Assembly: GCA_036172245.1 (NCBI GenBank) | Contig: JAYWIR010000004.1 | Location: 1,922,001-1,986,000 of the forward strand | Direction: 5' to 3' | From: Raillietiella orientalis | Taxonomy: Eukaryota | DNA length: 64,000 nt | Shown: in pieces, positions 50,638-64,000 of the stretch | Position numbering within the stretch: the first letter of the stretch is position 1 | Layout of the letters: each line of letters starts with the position of its first letter | Program-made: the position numbers and the translations under genes | Notes under the pieces: model-generated | What the model was told of the DNA's origin: nothing | What the model saw: only the letters and a program-made list of their open reading frames with translations | Database searches by the model: none

Positions 50638-53600
50638 GGAATCGCTCCTGGGGGAAGTGAGCGAGGATCGAATTCCCGGAATGGGAGAGGCCCGCCCCGG
50701 TGGACGGCCGCGCCCTAACGCGAGTGCAGCGCGCTTTTAGAAAGCCAAGGTTCCGCTGTCTCGACTCGGCTCCAGGCAGGGCAGCTTGGAAGCACGTAAT
50801 CGAAGGGAGATCGGGGGGGAGGGAGGATGACGTCCCTCAAGCGACTGCCGTTGGCAACAAAGGAAGGCAGTGAGTATGACCTCGTCCCCATCACTCCCAA
50901 CCACTTCAGAACTGCCACCGCGCTTTCAGCAGCAGCTGACCAGGACGCTGGGGAACGCCACCGGCCAAGCGCAGCGATCGCGACTTCCCCGGCATCTTCT
51001 GACGAGGAGGAAACGCGTGGGATGGGAATCCGGTGCAGGGAGGGTGGATCTTGTCCACGTACTCCAGATGCCCCGGAGAGCAAAGCCTCAAGCCGCGAGG
51101 GAGGGGGACACCCGCTGGAAGGCCCTCTCGTCGCCCGGGAAGACATGGCCAGGAGCCGGAACCCTCTTCTCTCTCCTCCAGGAAGCCTGTGGCGCCGCTT
51201 TAACAAGAACGGTGGGAGGCGGAGGGGGGAGGGATAGGAGCGTCCCGTTGGAAGGGCGCAGTTGGACCGGGAGAGAAAGAAAATAAAATAAAAACACTCC
51301 ATGCTGCAGCAGGTCATGTCAGCGAGGAGACCGATTCCCCCGCTGGTTCCCCCTCTCGTCTGAGCCAAGCCGGGAAGCCGGGCCGCTGCCGGCGGAAGGT
51401 CAAGACAGAATTCGCGCCCAGGGGGACCAGCCCACGCCTTCGGCGAAGAGCCGCGGCGCGCGCGGATGGCTCTCCGACGCAACAGGAGGGTCGCTATGCG
51501 ACAGCAGATCGGAATTCGGAAGACCAGCACTCGGTCGTGGAGACCCTCAGAGGGGAGACTCCCGCGCCGGGCAGTGAAGGGAAGCAGGGAGGCACCCGTG
51601 AGCCAGGAAAGAACCCGCTGGAGCTTTCGGGGAAACGGGGGATTCCATCCTTAGGAAGGCGGACTCTCTCACTCCATCCAGGAAAGGTGTTGGATGCAAC
51701 CCTCTGCTGTTTTTTTCTTTTTCCTCCCCCCCCCCTCTCTCTCTTCCTGCTTTTTGTTTTTGTTCAGGAAGAGGATGCCTGACTCCCCTCTGGCAAAGGC
51801 GAATCCCCGGGCTGCTGCTAACTGCGAGGAGGAGGAGGAAGGGGGGTGGAGACGTCTCTGTGCTGCGTCCTCTCGGCCTGCGCGAACCGTGTCGCAATGC
51901 GAGCGCCAGCCCGAGGAATGCCTGAAGGTACCAAAGAGATCGGGCAAGAGCAGGCCCGCCCCCGCGGACAGACGGAAACTTCTGCTGCCCTCTCGGGTGT
52001 GCGGAGGTTGTCCCTGCATCCTCCTTCGACTCGGGCGTGCCGACCTCCTTTGGCCTTCCTCCTCCTCCCGGACAGCGGCGAAGAGCAACCCAGGAGGAGG
52101 AGGAAGGCCAAAGGAGCGAAGGGCCTCGCGGAGGAGAAGGCGGGGGCAGAGGAGGAGGAAAAGAGGGGGGCGAAGCAAGGTGGGAGGCTCTCCGCAGCGA
52201 AGGGTCCAAGAGAGCTCCCGGCGGATTGCGAGGGAAGAATCGAGGTCTCCTTGCGAAGCACGGGGTGCCTGGAGACCAACGCGCACCCCATGACGGGGGG
52301 AGGGGTGAGAGGCAAGTGCCTCCCGCTTCATCTCATCTCAGAAACATTCCGGGGCTCCGAGTAAGAAGACTCCGGGCTGAGGTCGCTGCGGGCATCACTC
52401 GGGGAAATTGAGAAAAGAGCCTTCGTCGTCCGGGCAATCTGCCCCCCCCCCCCTCACTTCTTCGTTGTGGACGCCTTCTTCTCAAGGCAGTTCCTTCCAA
52501 GGTGCTTCCCACCGGAGTAGTCGCGGTAGATCTTGAATCTGCAGAGGGAGGAAGGGAGTGGGGAGGGAGTAACAGCAGCTGAAGACACCAGCAGGAGCAC
52601 ACTGTCTCTACTTACTGATCAATTAAGCATGTGCAACCTCTGGTCCATATCGGGACAGCTATCTTGGAACGCATTAGGAATATCTCGCGTGGCTCCCCGC
52701 GTTATCGTGACGGAAGATGCCTTCGGGAGCCCCGTACGATGGATGATCCCTTCCTCTTCGATCCGGCTGGGCGTAGTAGGCCTCAGCACAGCAGCGGCAC
52801 CTGTATTGCACACCCCAGTGCCCTCCGAGCCGAGGAGCAAGGGAGAGGAGCTCTCTTCCGGAGCTGCGATCCACGAGGCTGTGGTGGGTGCTGGTCGCGG
52901 GGGAACGGCGCTGACGGAGAGGGCAGGAGCCTCCCTCCCTCCCCTCCCTCCCTCCCACGAGGTCGTGGTGCTGCTGTTTATCGCTGCTGCTGCAGCGCGC
53001 ATTCGAAGCGGAACATTCCTCCGGAAGGACACGCCCGCTTGCCTTCCCTTCTGCCTGGAGAAAGCACTGCTTCCCGTTTTGTTTTCGTTTTCCTTTTTCC
53101 AAGATTTCGCGAAAGGATGCTGCTGAACGCGCGCAGGCACGCTCGCGAGGGGGCGGCACCGGAGGGTGCGCGGGCGGCCTGAACCTGACCGAGAGGATCG
53201 CATAGCGGCAATCTCTCTGTCGTCTCTCGGTTCCGAATCTCCTCAGGGCTCACCGGCAGGTTTCCTACCGGCACAAGCGAACCCGGGAGAACATGAGTGT
53301 TTTTCCCGCCAAACAGCGAGGGGATTCTGCAGTCACGGGCTTTAATTGCTCCCAGAAGCCTCGGGCGGCACGCCCCAGGGTTCAGTCTCCTCCTTTCGGC
53401 TCCTTTGCACCTTGCTTCGAGCCGACGTTCCCCTTGACAAGGACGGGAACACATCCATGGAAACGTGAGGGACGCTGGCTCGACGCGCATGCGCATCTCG
53501 ATCGCATCTTTCAAAAATCTCCAAGTGGTGAGCAGCCACGCGGTGAGTCTCCCCCCCACCCCCTATCCCGTTCCTTCTTTTCCTTGCAATTCTGACCCGA

Positions 53601-56600
53601 ATCTCTCGGGTGGAACGCCCCCTCCGCAGTGTTGGAACAGCCCGTTTCCCTCAGGAGTCACGAACCTTTCCCTCAACACCGCATCATTGCCTTCCCACCG
53701 GAGTGTGTCTATTGGGATTCGCAGCTGCGGTGGGTACTTTGCAAAGCTCCCCTCAGCATCGATTAATTGCTTTCATCCGCATACCTTTCGATTGCAGGTC
53801 CTCTTTTCTATCTTTCCTTACGTGTGTGTACCCCAGCTAATCGGGATTATCGTGTTTAAAATCCGTCCATTCCTTCCCCCTCCCTCCCTCTTCCGTAGTA
53901 AAAAAAAAAAAATTATCACATCGTATTAGCCTGATACGCAGCATGCTGACCTAAAAATGGGGAGCTTGCTCCCCACTGCTCGCGACACACAGAGTTCCCC
54001 CTCCCCCGGTCTACTCGGGCGAATCCTCGCAGTTCCCATTGCTGCCCTCTCTGAACATTCTCGAAAACGACTTGCTTCGTCGCTGGCGACGGGGGCAAAC
54101 GCCCCTTCGGGTCCACCCAGGGAAACCGCGCGCGCACCGACAACCACGCGTCGCACTCCTCGCGAGCGCACTCGCCAGACCGGAAGTGCTCTGGCTGCAT
54201 CGCGGACCGAGGTGCTCCTCGTGGCGTCCGAGGTCCAGAGCTGTCTCTTCCACTCTCACGCTCTTGGCGTTCGATCCACTTTGCACGCTCCAGAGGTACG
54301 GCGTCTTTCATTCCGGCAGGGTTTTTCTCCTTTGCCCCGAGGCACCTTGGGGGGTGGGGAATGCTGCACGGGCTCCACTTCCCTCCTCTCGCGCTACGAC
54401 TCGGCCTTTCTGTACCGTTTCTCGCGCGCTTTCCGGGGCGTGGTGCTGGCCACCCTGTTTTGCAAAAAAAAAAAAAAAGAGGAAGAGGAACGAAGGAAAT
54501 TTCTGGAGTTCCAGGAGAGGGGGGGATGCAAAGGGTCTGGCGAAGACAAGCGGGGTTTGTCCTGAGCGTCTTCGCCGATGAAAAGCGCGCGTGAGCGCGA
54601 AAGAGAGGCTTCGGAGCTTCTGCAAAGCCCGGGGGGCAATTTCTCTTTCGACAGCGACGGGTTCCCATTAGCCCTACTCCCGGGCTCAGGTGCCGAGAGC
54701 GCGCTACGGTCGCCGCCACCTTGACCTCTCATGGGAACTTTCGCGTCAGTTGCTTGCCATGAGTGAACTTTCCCTCTCGCGCGACATTCATGTAACCTCG
54801 AGGGTCGCCCCAGCACGAAGGAGGGGAAGGGGCGAGGAGCGCAGTTTATTCACCCCTCTCTCCTCGATGCAAGGGCGTTCTGCTAGGGCGCGTGACCCTT
54901 ATCGCTGCCGTCCCAGGCTGAACGCGAGATTTCCGCGTTCAACTCCCTCCTAAACGCGCTGCGAGCTTTCCTTGCCGGATAGGCTGCCTGCAAGCTCTGC
55001 CGAGCCTCCCTTGCTGCCCGGGGGGGGAGGTCGCGACGAGCCTCCGACGCGGTTCCGGTCCGCGGATTCGTCGGTCCCGGCTCCGTTCCGTTCCTCGCCC
55101 AGGCTACTCGGCAGAGCGAGTGTCCGTCTAAGGAGGCCCCACGCCTTCCTGTCCCCCACTCCACCCACTCCACTTCGGTCACAGTCTTCAGGGAGACCGG
55201 AAGGCGTTCGTTCGATCCTGGCGAGGGGCGGGAACGATCTCTCAGGAGATCCCCTTCTTTCCGCATGGGCCGGCCGCTCCCCTGCTCGCGCGAGGACCCG
55301 AGTTCACCCAGAACTCGCCGAGGGGGCGGGAGATCTTCCAAGGATAATTACCAGCGGCGCGCCGGCAGAACTCGGGGTTTTCCTGAATTCCTGTCACTCC
55401 CATGGGTACTCGGACCTTTTGAGGTCCCCCGAACCCCCGTGTAGCCTCCCTCGCGGACCCACACAAAAAGCAGTCGCGCCCCATTCGGCGCGGTTGCTCG
55501 GGGACGTGCGTTTCTCGAGGACGTGCAGGACTCGATCCCATCCGGCATCCGCGAGCGGCCTCAGATCCTGAAGGCACTCAGGCGACGGTTGCGCGCGCGT
55601 CTTCCCCAGACAGCAGGGGTTCCCTTCGGGGAGTAGGGAGGGCGGAGGGATGCAACCGAGAGGAGGAGGGGGAAGTCCCCCGTTCGTTCTCGCCGTCTGG
55701 GAGCAGCGGCAGCCCCCGAAAGTCGCGCCTTGCGCTCGGATGACCCCCAAAAGGGCCGGGCCTCCCGGCCATCGGGGAAGGGTGCAGAAGGATCCAGTTG
55801 ATCTGCTGGGGACAGGAGGGGAGAGGGGGAGCGGCCAGGCCATCGTCTCTCCCCGGAAAGAGCGAGGCGAACTGCCGCCTTCGTGACTGTCGCGCGAGCG
55901 CTCGTTGCGGTCGAATGCATTCCCCCGGTAGGGGAAAAGAGGGGCACGCTCGCGCCTCCCGACCTCTCGCAGTCCCAGCCTTTGCCCTTCTTCCTCTTCG
56001 GTGCAAGAAGAAAGGGAACGCTCCTTTCTCGAGGGGAGCAGTCCGACTTTCCTCGATAACCGCCTCTGCGGTCGCTCCAGTATTTTGCAGTCACAGGAGT
56101 AGAGAGGCCGCGCGCCCCCTCGCCCATGCTTCTCCTTTCCCGCGACCCCCTCCTCCCCCTTTCGTCAGGGTTTTTCTTCGCCCCCCTCCCTCCTTCCTTC
56201 CTTTGCAGAGAGGGCAAGGGAGAAGAGAGAGGGCCTCGTTGCTCCCTCCCCTCGCACCCCAACGCGCAGATGCCGGGTAGGGGAGGAGAGTCTTCATGCC
56301 CCCTTTTCTCCCTTCCCCCTCCTCCTGAAGGCTATCTGGCTCCCTCTGCGCTGGGAAGCGGGGGATTCTCTTCTCCCGAGGCACGGCTGGCGTCTGCATC
56401 AGGGTGGCGCGACCGAGCAAAGAACGAGAAAGCGGCGATGCCTCCTTCGGCCCGTAGAGCTGACCAGCCCCAAAAGTCTCGTTCGCGGGTCGGATGAGGG
56501 CGGGGAAAGGGCTGCTCAGCATCTATGCGTGGTGATCCGGCCGGAAGAGGGCGATGCTGGTCGCACCGTTCATTCTGAGCGGCGGGGAACGGCCTGGTTG

Positions 56601-59600
56601 TGTCTACGAGCTCAAGGGACCACAAGAGTGTCTTCCCTCCCAGGTCCGGGCTGCCCTCCACCCCTTCATGCTGCTGCTCCCGCTCTCGCGCCGAAGCTGT
56701 TGCTCTCCCCCCCCCCCCCTGGCGGTGCGAAGGGGCGGGACTTCCTTGTGTTTGGCCTCCTTCACTTCTCTCCCGGTTTCTAGCGCTGTCGCCGACATTG
56801 CCTCCAGGGAAGGAAGCGCGCCCCGAGGGTGGCGACTCGCCCCGTCGCCTCTCCCTTGCCTCCCCCCCGCCGCTCTGCTCCTCTGCTGCCGCTGGCATCA
56901 GGGAGACCCTGGCGACGAGAGCGGCATTCCGTGCCCAGAGATCGCGCCTACGCCGCGATGGCCACCTTCGATACTCAGGGTGTGTGCACGCCATTTCTTG
57001 CAGTCGTCGCTGGAACGGACGGCAGGGATAACCAGGGAGGACTCCCAGCGAACCTAGCAGAGTTCTCCTTCCTCTTTCCCACCCGGCTTGCAGGGGCTCT
57101 CTGGACGCATCCGTCTCTGAGGGTCTCTTCCGTTCATTCCATTCGGCGCGGGGATGCCGCCATTGGTCAGATCTTGCGTTCTCCTCCGAGGAACCGACCC
57201 CGTGAGAAACAACGCCTGGTGCGAATTCCTTCTCGGGAATTCGACTCGCCTTCCGCCTCCTTCCTCACCCAAAGGAGACCATGGAGATCCTGCGAACTTT
57301 GCTTATTTCCTTCTCCTTCTCCCCTTTCCCCTTCCTTACCCCCGGCATTTTCATCCCGGATGGTTCCCTTCCAGGTTCGAAATCCCGTCCAGAGAGCTCG
57401 CGGAGGACTCGTTCGCGCCATCCCTTTCCCTGCCTGCCGGGTGGCTGCATCCGCATCCGGTTCGCCCTCTACCGGAGAGAACACACGAGAGAAAGAAGCA
57501 GCAGCAAGAGCAGACGCAGGGGCCCCATCCTCGCCGGAAGCGGTGCGAGCGGTACTTTTGCTTCAAACCCAGCCGTGGGGCATTCCGGCCTGGCGTGTTT
57601 TTATGCCTTTTTTTTTTTCTTTTCTTGCAGTTTTGAGTCCTGTCTGAGTCCGCGTTAACTCGCGTTTTCTCGATCCGGTAAATAAAAGGAAAAAAAAAGG
57701 GGAGGGGGATAAAAGAGGAGCGGAAGATTCGGCATCCTCAACAAGGAGATGGACACGCAAACACTCGGAAGCGGTGCGGATCCGCGAATATCGGGCGGAC
57801 GGATGTGTCCGTCCAAGGAGCCTTTTATCTGGCCTGAGCTGCCGTATCTGCGAGATCGTCCCCCACGAGCAACGCTCTTTCGTTTCGGCTTTCCCGAATT
57901 CTCCGTGACGTCACACATTCGTCAGCGTCTTCCTCCTCCTTTCTTCCGCACTCGTTCTCCTGCACCCTGCTTTCCGCCGCCTGTACCTTTCTGGGTCTGC
58001 GATGAAAGTTGATGGAGCCGGGAAGCCCGAACGGAGCGGCAGTTGCGCAACTCCGCAGATGCTCGTTTCTCTTCCTCGAGTGCGAGCACCCGGGATAACG
58101 AGAGATCATCCGTCACGCTCACCGAACACGCGTACTCCAACAAACTTCTCTCTCGTGTGTGTGTGCATGCGTTCGCACTAGGAAGAAGAGCGCGACGTGC
58201 TCGCCGCCTCCCGGGGACAGCGGCAAGGTGGGGGGGGCACCGGCAGGAAGCGCCTCGACGAGGAAGATGGTGGAAGCTGAAGATAGGAGCCCATCCACCT
58301 GCAGCGCCGTCCGCCGGCGGACCTTGAAGCCAAGGAGGGAGGAACGTTGCGCAAGGGGCGCTCGAAGAGAAAGTCCTCGCGTCTTTGCCTCACGCCTCCC
58401 TCCAGTTGCTTGCATCCAAGTCGCCTCCTCCGCGTTGAGAGCCAATTGGAGGTTGAGTGGCTGCGGAACGGAGGGTGACTGGCAGGAGCCTCGTGAGGCA
58501 TCCGTCTGGCGCACGCTTCCTCTGCAGCCTCCTCAGCACGAGGGCAAGAGAACCGCTGTCCCACTGCCTGCTAGTACCGGTTCCCTCGGGTGAGGCTTGT
58601 CGCCAGCGGTCGCTCGCGATGCCGGGCAAGCTACGCGACGGTTGTAGAGTCTCCCCCGTTCCTTGAAACAAACAAACAAGCCAAACCGCTCCACCGATTT
58701 CACGTGAAGCGATGGCACCCCCATCCTAGCCTCCATGGGAGTAGGCGGGGGGTTTGGAAGGCCTCCTCCCTCCTCTCCTCTGTGACCGGCTTTCGCTCCT
58801 CTCTTATTCGCCAGATCCGTCTTGTCTCCCGCATCCCTCCCTTTTTGAAGCAGCAGGCCGCGCTGGTGTTGCTGGCGGAGTCCGTCAGGCTCAGTACGCG
58901 ACGGATGCTGGGAAAGGAAGACACTTCTTCGCAACTTCAAGAAGAGCAGGTCACAATTCCCGCTGCTGCTCTCCTTGGCGCTTTTGCTCGTGGGATGGCA
59001 GCATGGGAACGCGGAGGGTTCAGGAAGAGCAGCGGCACCCGACTGCTCCCTGCACTGAAAATGCCGTCAGAGGATACGTGCATATCATCCCTAGCTTCAG
59101 GCTCGTGCGGAAGAGCATCTGCCATATGGACGAAGAAGGTGACCTTTCTGGAAAAGAACAACTGGACCTCGAGGAAGGGGTTCGGTTACCTAATGGGCAG
59201 CCAAAGAGGCGCATCTTTCGAAAGAGAGAAAGATGGATGGCGGGAACGTGGAGCGACAAAGAAATCCGACTTTTTGCATGCGCCACGACTCCACATTGCA
59301 ACACTCCAAGCTCCTCTCGGGTCGTTAGTCGGGAAAGGAAAAGAAAAACATGGGAGATGCTGCCGCCGCTTCTATGAGCTTCCGCACCTCCTCTTTCGTG
59401 CTTCATCAGCACCTTTTACTTCTCTTCGACCTTTCGCCATCCCATTTTCCGACTGCCGTGGCCGTCCCCAGATTGGAGGTGTCACATTTCCCATGGAGGG
59501 AGGGGAAGAGGGGGGAGGGGAATCGTGCGCACGTCATCAAAATGATTCGCGTGGCATATCTTCAGCAAGCGCATACAGGATCACGATCCAGGATCTCGAA

Positions 59601-62600
59601 ACTCTATCTACCTGCTGCCGAAGTCAAGCATCTGACGTAAGGCGTGTCTACCTGGAATCGAAAAAAGTCGTACTCTTCGGGCAACTTTCTTGCAAGACGG
59701 CAGCGGATGCAACTGGTCCCAGCACACCGCCATTTGTGATCCCCCCAAATTTTTCTCTGGAAGGTATCCCGCAGCTCACTGCCACCTCGGAAATACATGT
59801 CTGTATGTGTGTTTTTACAGACCCTGGCTCTTCTGCAGCCGGATTGCTTGTGTGAATTTCCTCATTTACATGTAATTCACATGTAAATATGCAGTGTGTT
59901 TTTACAGTGTCATTACACGCTCTCCGCGCACCTGTGTACGCAAATGTCTATCAGTGCGTCGACATGGGAAACGAAACGAGCGTACGAATTCCCATTTCCT
60001 TCGTCTTGAAATGTCTGCTTTTCTTTTTTTGCTTTTACACCTTCACCGAGAATATTTTTAATATTTGGGTGGGCTGAGAGCATTCAAGTGCAATTGGAAA
60101 AGCCGATGAGGCTTCAGTCATATAGTATAATGATGATGATTGCAGTCGTAACACTCTCTTTGAGTGAATGGTCGGATTATGACCGCAGCATTGTACACAG
60201 TATCAGAGCAAGAAGGTGAGTAAAAACGGCTCCGTCCACCTTTCCGGAATGCGGGGAATATGGAATCCTGAAGCGAGCGCGGAGACGAGCCGATTGCAGC
60301 AGGAATACCAAGGTAAAAACCTGCGAAATCAACAATGGAGGGCACTGCGATTAATTTGTCAAGTAATAGGCAGGAGAAATCTATCGGAAGAGCTGTTTGT
60401 AACGAAAAACTTGCGTTCCTCTCCCCAAATCGCTGTGATATTTTTGTAGCAAATATCGAAAGGGCCTTAAAAAAAAAAAAAAAAAAAAACAGTTGGACGA
60501 AAGATGCAGAAGCAGAGCTTCCGTATTTTCCCACGCGCGTGTACGATCATATTGACACTAAGGCTCATTTGGATGCAAAAGGTAAATTCCTTCGAGGCAC
60601 ATTAAGAATAGCATAACTAAGATGATGGTAAACACGTTATGCACCATCACAAACAAGTCGGGCACCATTGCACCACGAAAACAGACGCTGACGCTTTTTT
60701 TTTTAGTTCGCATTGTGGAAATGTAAACAGCACTCGGAGATGAAAACCAAAAACAATTAAATGACCAATTACGATGAACTGACAAGAAACTCAGAAGAGC
60801 ATCTTGACTGTCCCGCAGAAGGCCCTTAATTAGTATACGAAATTAGGTTTTCTAAAAAAAAAAAAAAAAAAAAAAAAGACGACGATCGTATTTGATAGAG
60901 GGCAATTATCTTGAAATTTGCGGAAAGCTCTATGATAAAGATCAATTAGGAAATTATCCAGACGACCGACCCGAAAGATGTGCATTCAAGTTTGCAATTG
61001 AAAACAATAGTGAGAACAGTAGAAATGAATATCTTTCGAAAACTTTTGACTTTCATTTTTGTTAGCAGCAGCAAAGAATTAAAAAAAAAATTCGGATGTG
61101 GGAGGCTGTGCTACTGAATTACGTTGTTATTACGTTTACATGGGCTTGTCTCCTCCCGACCTTGCTCTTAACCGAAGCTTTCCTAACTTATCCAACAACT
61201 TGCCAAGTCGTCAGAGCACAAAAATCATGCAAACTAAAGTTTGCAGATATTTAAGCAATGCAAACCCTGATTGCTTGCTGGGCATGATTCATCTCCATTT
61301 GTTGCTCTTTCAGAGGATGGCGATCCTACCCGGAAGACAAAAAAATTCGAAGTATCGGGAGAAACAACAGCGCGATTTATCGACAACACATGTTATGGAA
61401 TTCGTAGCTTTGATGTTCCTGCTCCGGCCTACTTCTTTGCTGGGATTTCAGCATTCTCTTTTGATCTCGTGGCAGACTAAAGCCACTGGCCGATGACCAT
61501 TTTGAAAAAATGTGGCCAGCAATCATCCAATTCGCTTACTTTCTCGTTACCATTTTTCAGGAATTTTTGTGTTTTTATGTGCTGCTTGTTTTTTCTCAAG
61601 TCACTTCTAGTGGCAAGAGAATCCAAACAGAAGCAACCACAGTATCATGAAAGAGTCATTGAAAACTTTAAAATGGTCATGTGTGAGACGCGCACACACA
61701 ACACGCACACAACTGGACTGAGTAAAACTGCGTGTGAAGCACAACGAAGATACGTGTAGATTCTGAGACACACTTTTCAAACGTCTTGCAAAGGAACATG
61801 GAACTCAGTCGCCATCTTCCAAAAACGCTGGGTTCAGCATTTCACGCATTCGTAAGAGAACACGACGCTGATCCAAACATGTCCTGTATCTGTACAGCAA
61901 TGTTTTTCAAGCTCGGAAGTCCAACCAGTCTTTTAGCGGATTGCAGGAGATCGCTCATCAGGTTGCAGCTCCAGCAGACGGTAACGATACACACCCGATG
62001 AGACGTAACTGCTGATATTAAAAAATGGAGGGAAAAAAAAAAAAAAAACAGGAATAAACTTCGAATTAGATCTCTTAAGTCACCACGCCTCGGTTGAGTT
62101 TTCCAATTCACAGCGTAGCTTTTAATTAGGCAGTCCGGCAGCTACGTGCCACATCAGCAAGACTCTATGGTTCCAACGTTCGCCCACATTTGATGCGTGT
62201 GCATATCCGTTCGGATCTCTAATGGGTTTCCCTCTGTGAAATTCGAGTGCCAAGAAGGAAGAGCAGGTTGACTTAATTCATTTCGTCTTCGCGGAGCGCG
62301 AAAATGTTGGATGTTCAGCCATCCTTGCCTGTGAAGAGAACAGCACAGATTTAAGCTTTGAGGCGAATTTCATCTGCAAGTTTTGATGGCCATCATGTGA
62401 AGGATTGCTTCTTGCTCAACCAGTCTCCACAACCCACAGCTCGTGTCAATAGCGCGAAGATTTCTTGAAAAAAACAAGTGCCATCGTATTACGTGTAGGG
62501 GATGTGCTCACAGACTACATGGTCAGCAGGAGAGGAGACACTTCGAACTGAGTGGAAATCGCACCGAATGCTTTCAGAGGGGAAAAACTAAGATTCAAAG

Positions 62601-63062
62601 TTGTCGATTATTCGAAGTCATCTTTTGAGAACCTCCCAGGGAAGTAGTACTACCCTAGTTGCCCAGATAGTACCTTTGCAGCATCTGAGAATACGGTTCA
62701 TAAAATCTGGGGTGGGAAATTGAAAACTACTCCTCAGATCAGCACAGTGAAAACACAGCATCTGGAAGAATACATACCACCTCAGAACATCTACAAACAG
62801 CGTTTATTGTTCATTTTTCTCTCGCAACACCAACAGTAACATCCCAAGCTGAACAAAGATTAAATGCAATAGATGTGACAAAATGGATGATCTTGTCTGT
62901 TGTTTAAAATCGTTATAAAGCAAGACAATATGAGGAATATTATTCGCACTTCAAGAAATGGTTGGAAAGATGCAAATGTAGACCAGACTAATTGCAAAGG
63001 AGCCATTAAGCGATGGAGCAGCAGACATGCCAGCATGGCATGAAGAGTGGTCAAGAAAATGT

Positions 63063-63100
63063 AGTTGATTATAACACCAGTAGCAGTTGATTATAACACC
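63063..63100. repeat. Short tandem duplication, period 22
   Basis: AGTTGATTATAACACC at 63063-63078 and 63085-63100. Confidence 0.85.
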
Positions 63101-64000
63101 GCTTGGAAGTGTGTTCTATGGACACGATGCTTTGGTACCCAAGGATGTTTGGATACCTTTCTGGCTGCATGGGGTCTTGTGAATCATGACTCCACTCTCA
63201 AGGCTTCCGTATGAACACAGCGTGAAATTGGCACTTAAGTGCATAATCAGTAAGGAGCTTGCTTCTTCAACTTTTTTTCTAAGAGATAGGGACGAATCCC
63301 AAGGAATAATGCATTTACAGCTCACTCTAAAGTCCGATGAATTTCTCAGAACAGGAACCAACAGGAGTGTACGAGTGAGATTCCTATTTGGGAATGACGA
63401 TTTTTGTCAACTGCGCCTGTAATGAGCTGCAGCCGAAACACTCAGTAGAGGATTTCTGCATTCCCAAGTGGATGGATTTCAAGTTGCAAGTTGAGTTTAT
63501 TTTTCGATTTGTTTGTTAACATCGAATAGCATTTCCAACGACCTCCTACGTCTTTGTTTCTTATGACGAATCGTCGTAAAAGGATCTCCCAGGAGGATTC
63601 GTGCTCTCATCTACACTGACCCGATACATTCAAGATTTGGATGGAACGAAGCGCTTCATGTGGCTACTTCACGCTATTCTGTGCAGCATTCTGCCACTCA
63701 CTTTCGTTGTGAAGACCGAACCCCAAAGAAAACTCCTTGGATGGGAGATCATTTGCTTCAGCCTGATGCATGCATACCTACTTAGCAAGAAAATGGGCTG
63801 CTCTAAATTATTTACTTTTTTTTTTTTTTTTTTACTCCACCAACGCCGCTAGCACGAATCGTGAAGTCTCCATCATTTTCGATCCAGTTCACTATGAAAG
63901 TCCAGTTCCTTTGATAGGCAGGAGAGCTGTTTGGTCGTTGCTACAGTTCACAGCATCCTACATTTAGGCAAATTGAGGTTTTCGACTTTTATATGGTTAA

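Noticed and set aside
57370..57392. GGTTCGAAATCCC tRNA B-box-like motif
   Set aside because: No cloverleaf or A-box around it.
44900..59900. Long ORFs such as 44700-45842, 46374-47318, 56829-57647, 58590-59855
   Set aside because: No recognisable motifs, they cross homopolymers and microsatellites, and have no consistent exon chain.
1..64000. CRISPR array, rRNA, prokaryotic operons or defence systems
   Set aside because: The DNA is intron-containing animal sequence; no regularly spaced repeat-spacer array or rRNA signature was seen.

Overview
Eukaryotic (bilaterian invertebrate, probably arthropod-like) genomic DNA with spliced genes; most ORFs in the supplied track are shadows of GC-rich sequence. 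Four protein-coding genes can be rebuilt exon by exon with consistent GT-AG junctions and phases: (1) a Snail-superfamily scratchB/Kahuli-like C2H2 zinc-finger gene (+, 3848-6231) with a degenerate SNAG start; (2,3) two tandem NCOA5/Neosin paralogs (-, 22323-24411 and 25688-35690) with identical intron positions but very different intron sizes and complementary motif loss; (4) rhophilin (-, HR1-BRO1-PDZ, 41711-44884 plus candidate first exons at 48399-48425 or 50449-50637). A decayed L1/Tx1-like LINE 3' end lies at about 2400-3135. The window is split into composition domains: GC/CpG-rich around scratch (to about 17 kb) and rhophilin (about 40-59.5 kb), and AT-rich, CpG-poor over the NCOA5 pair. 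No tRNA, rRNA or CRISPR array was seen. I cannot demonstrate a wholly new system; the best leads are the subfunctionalised NCOA5 pair, a candidate poison/decoy exon in its long intron, and the mosaic composition.
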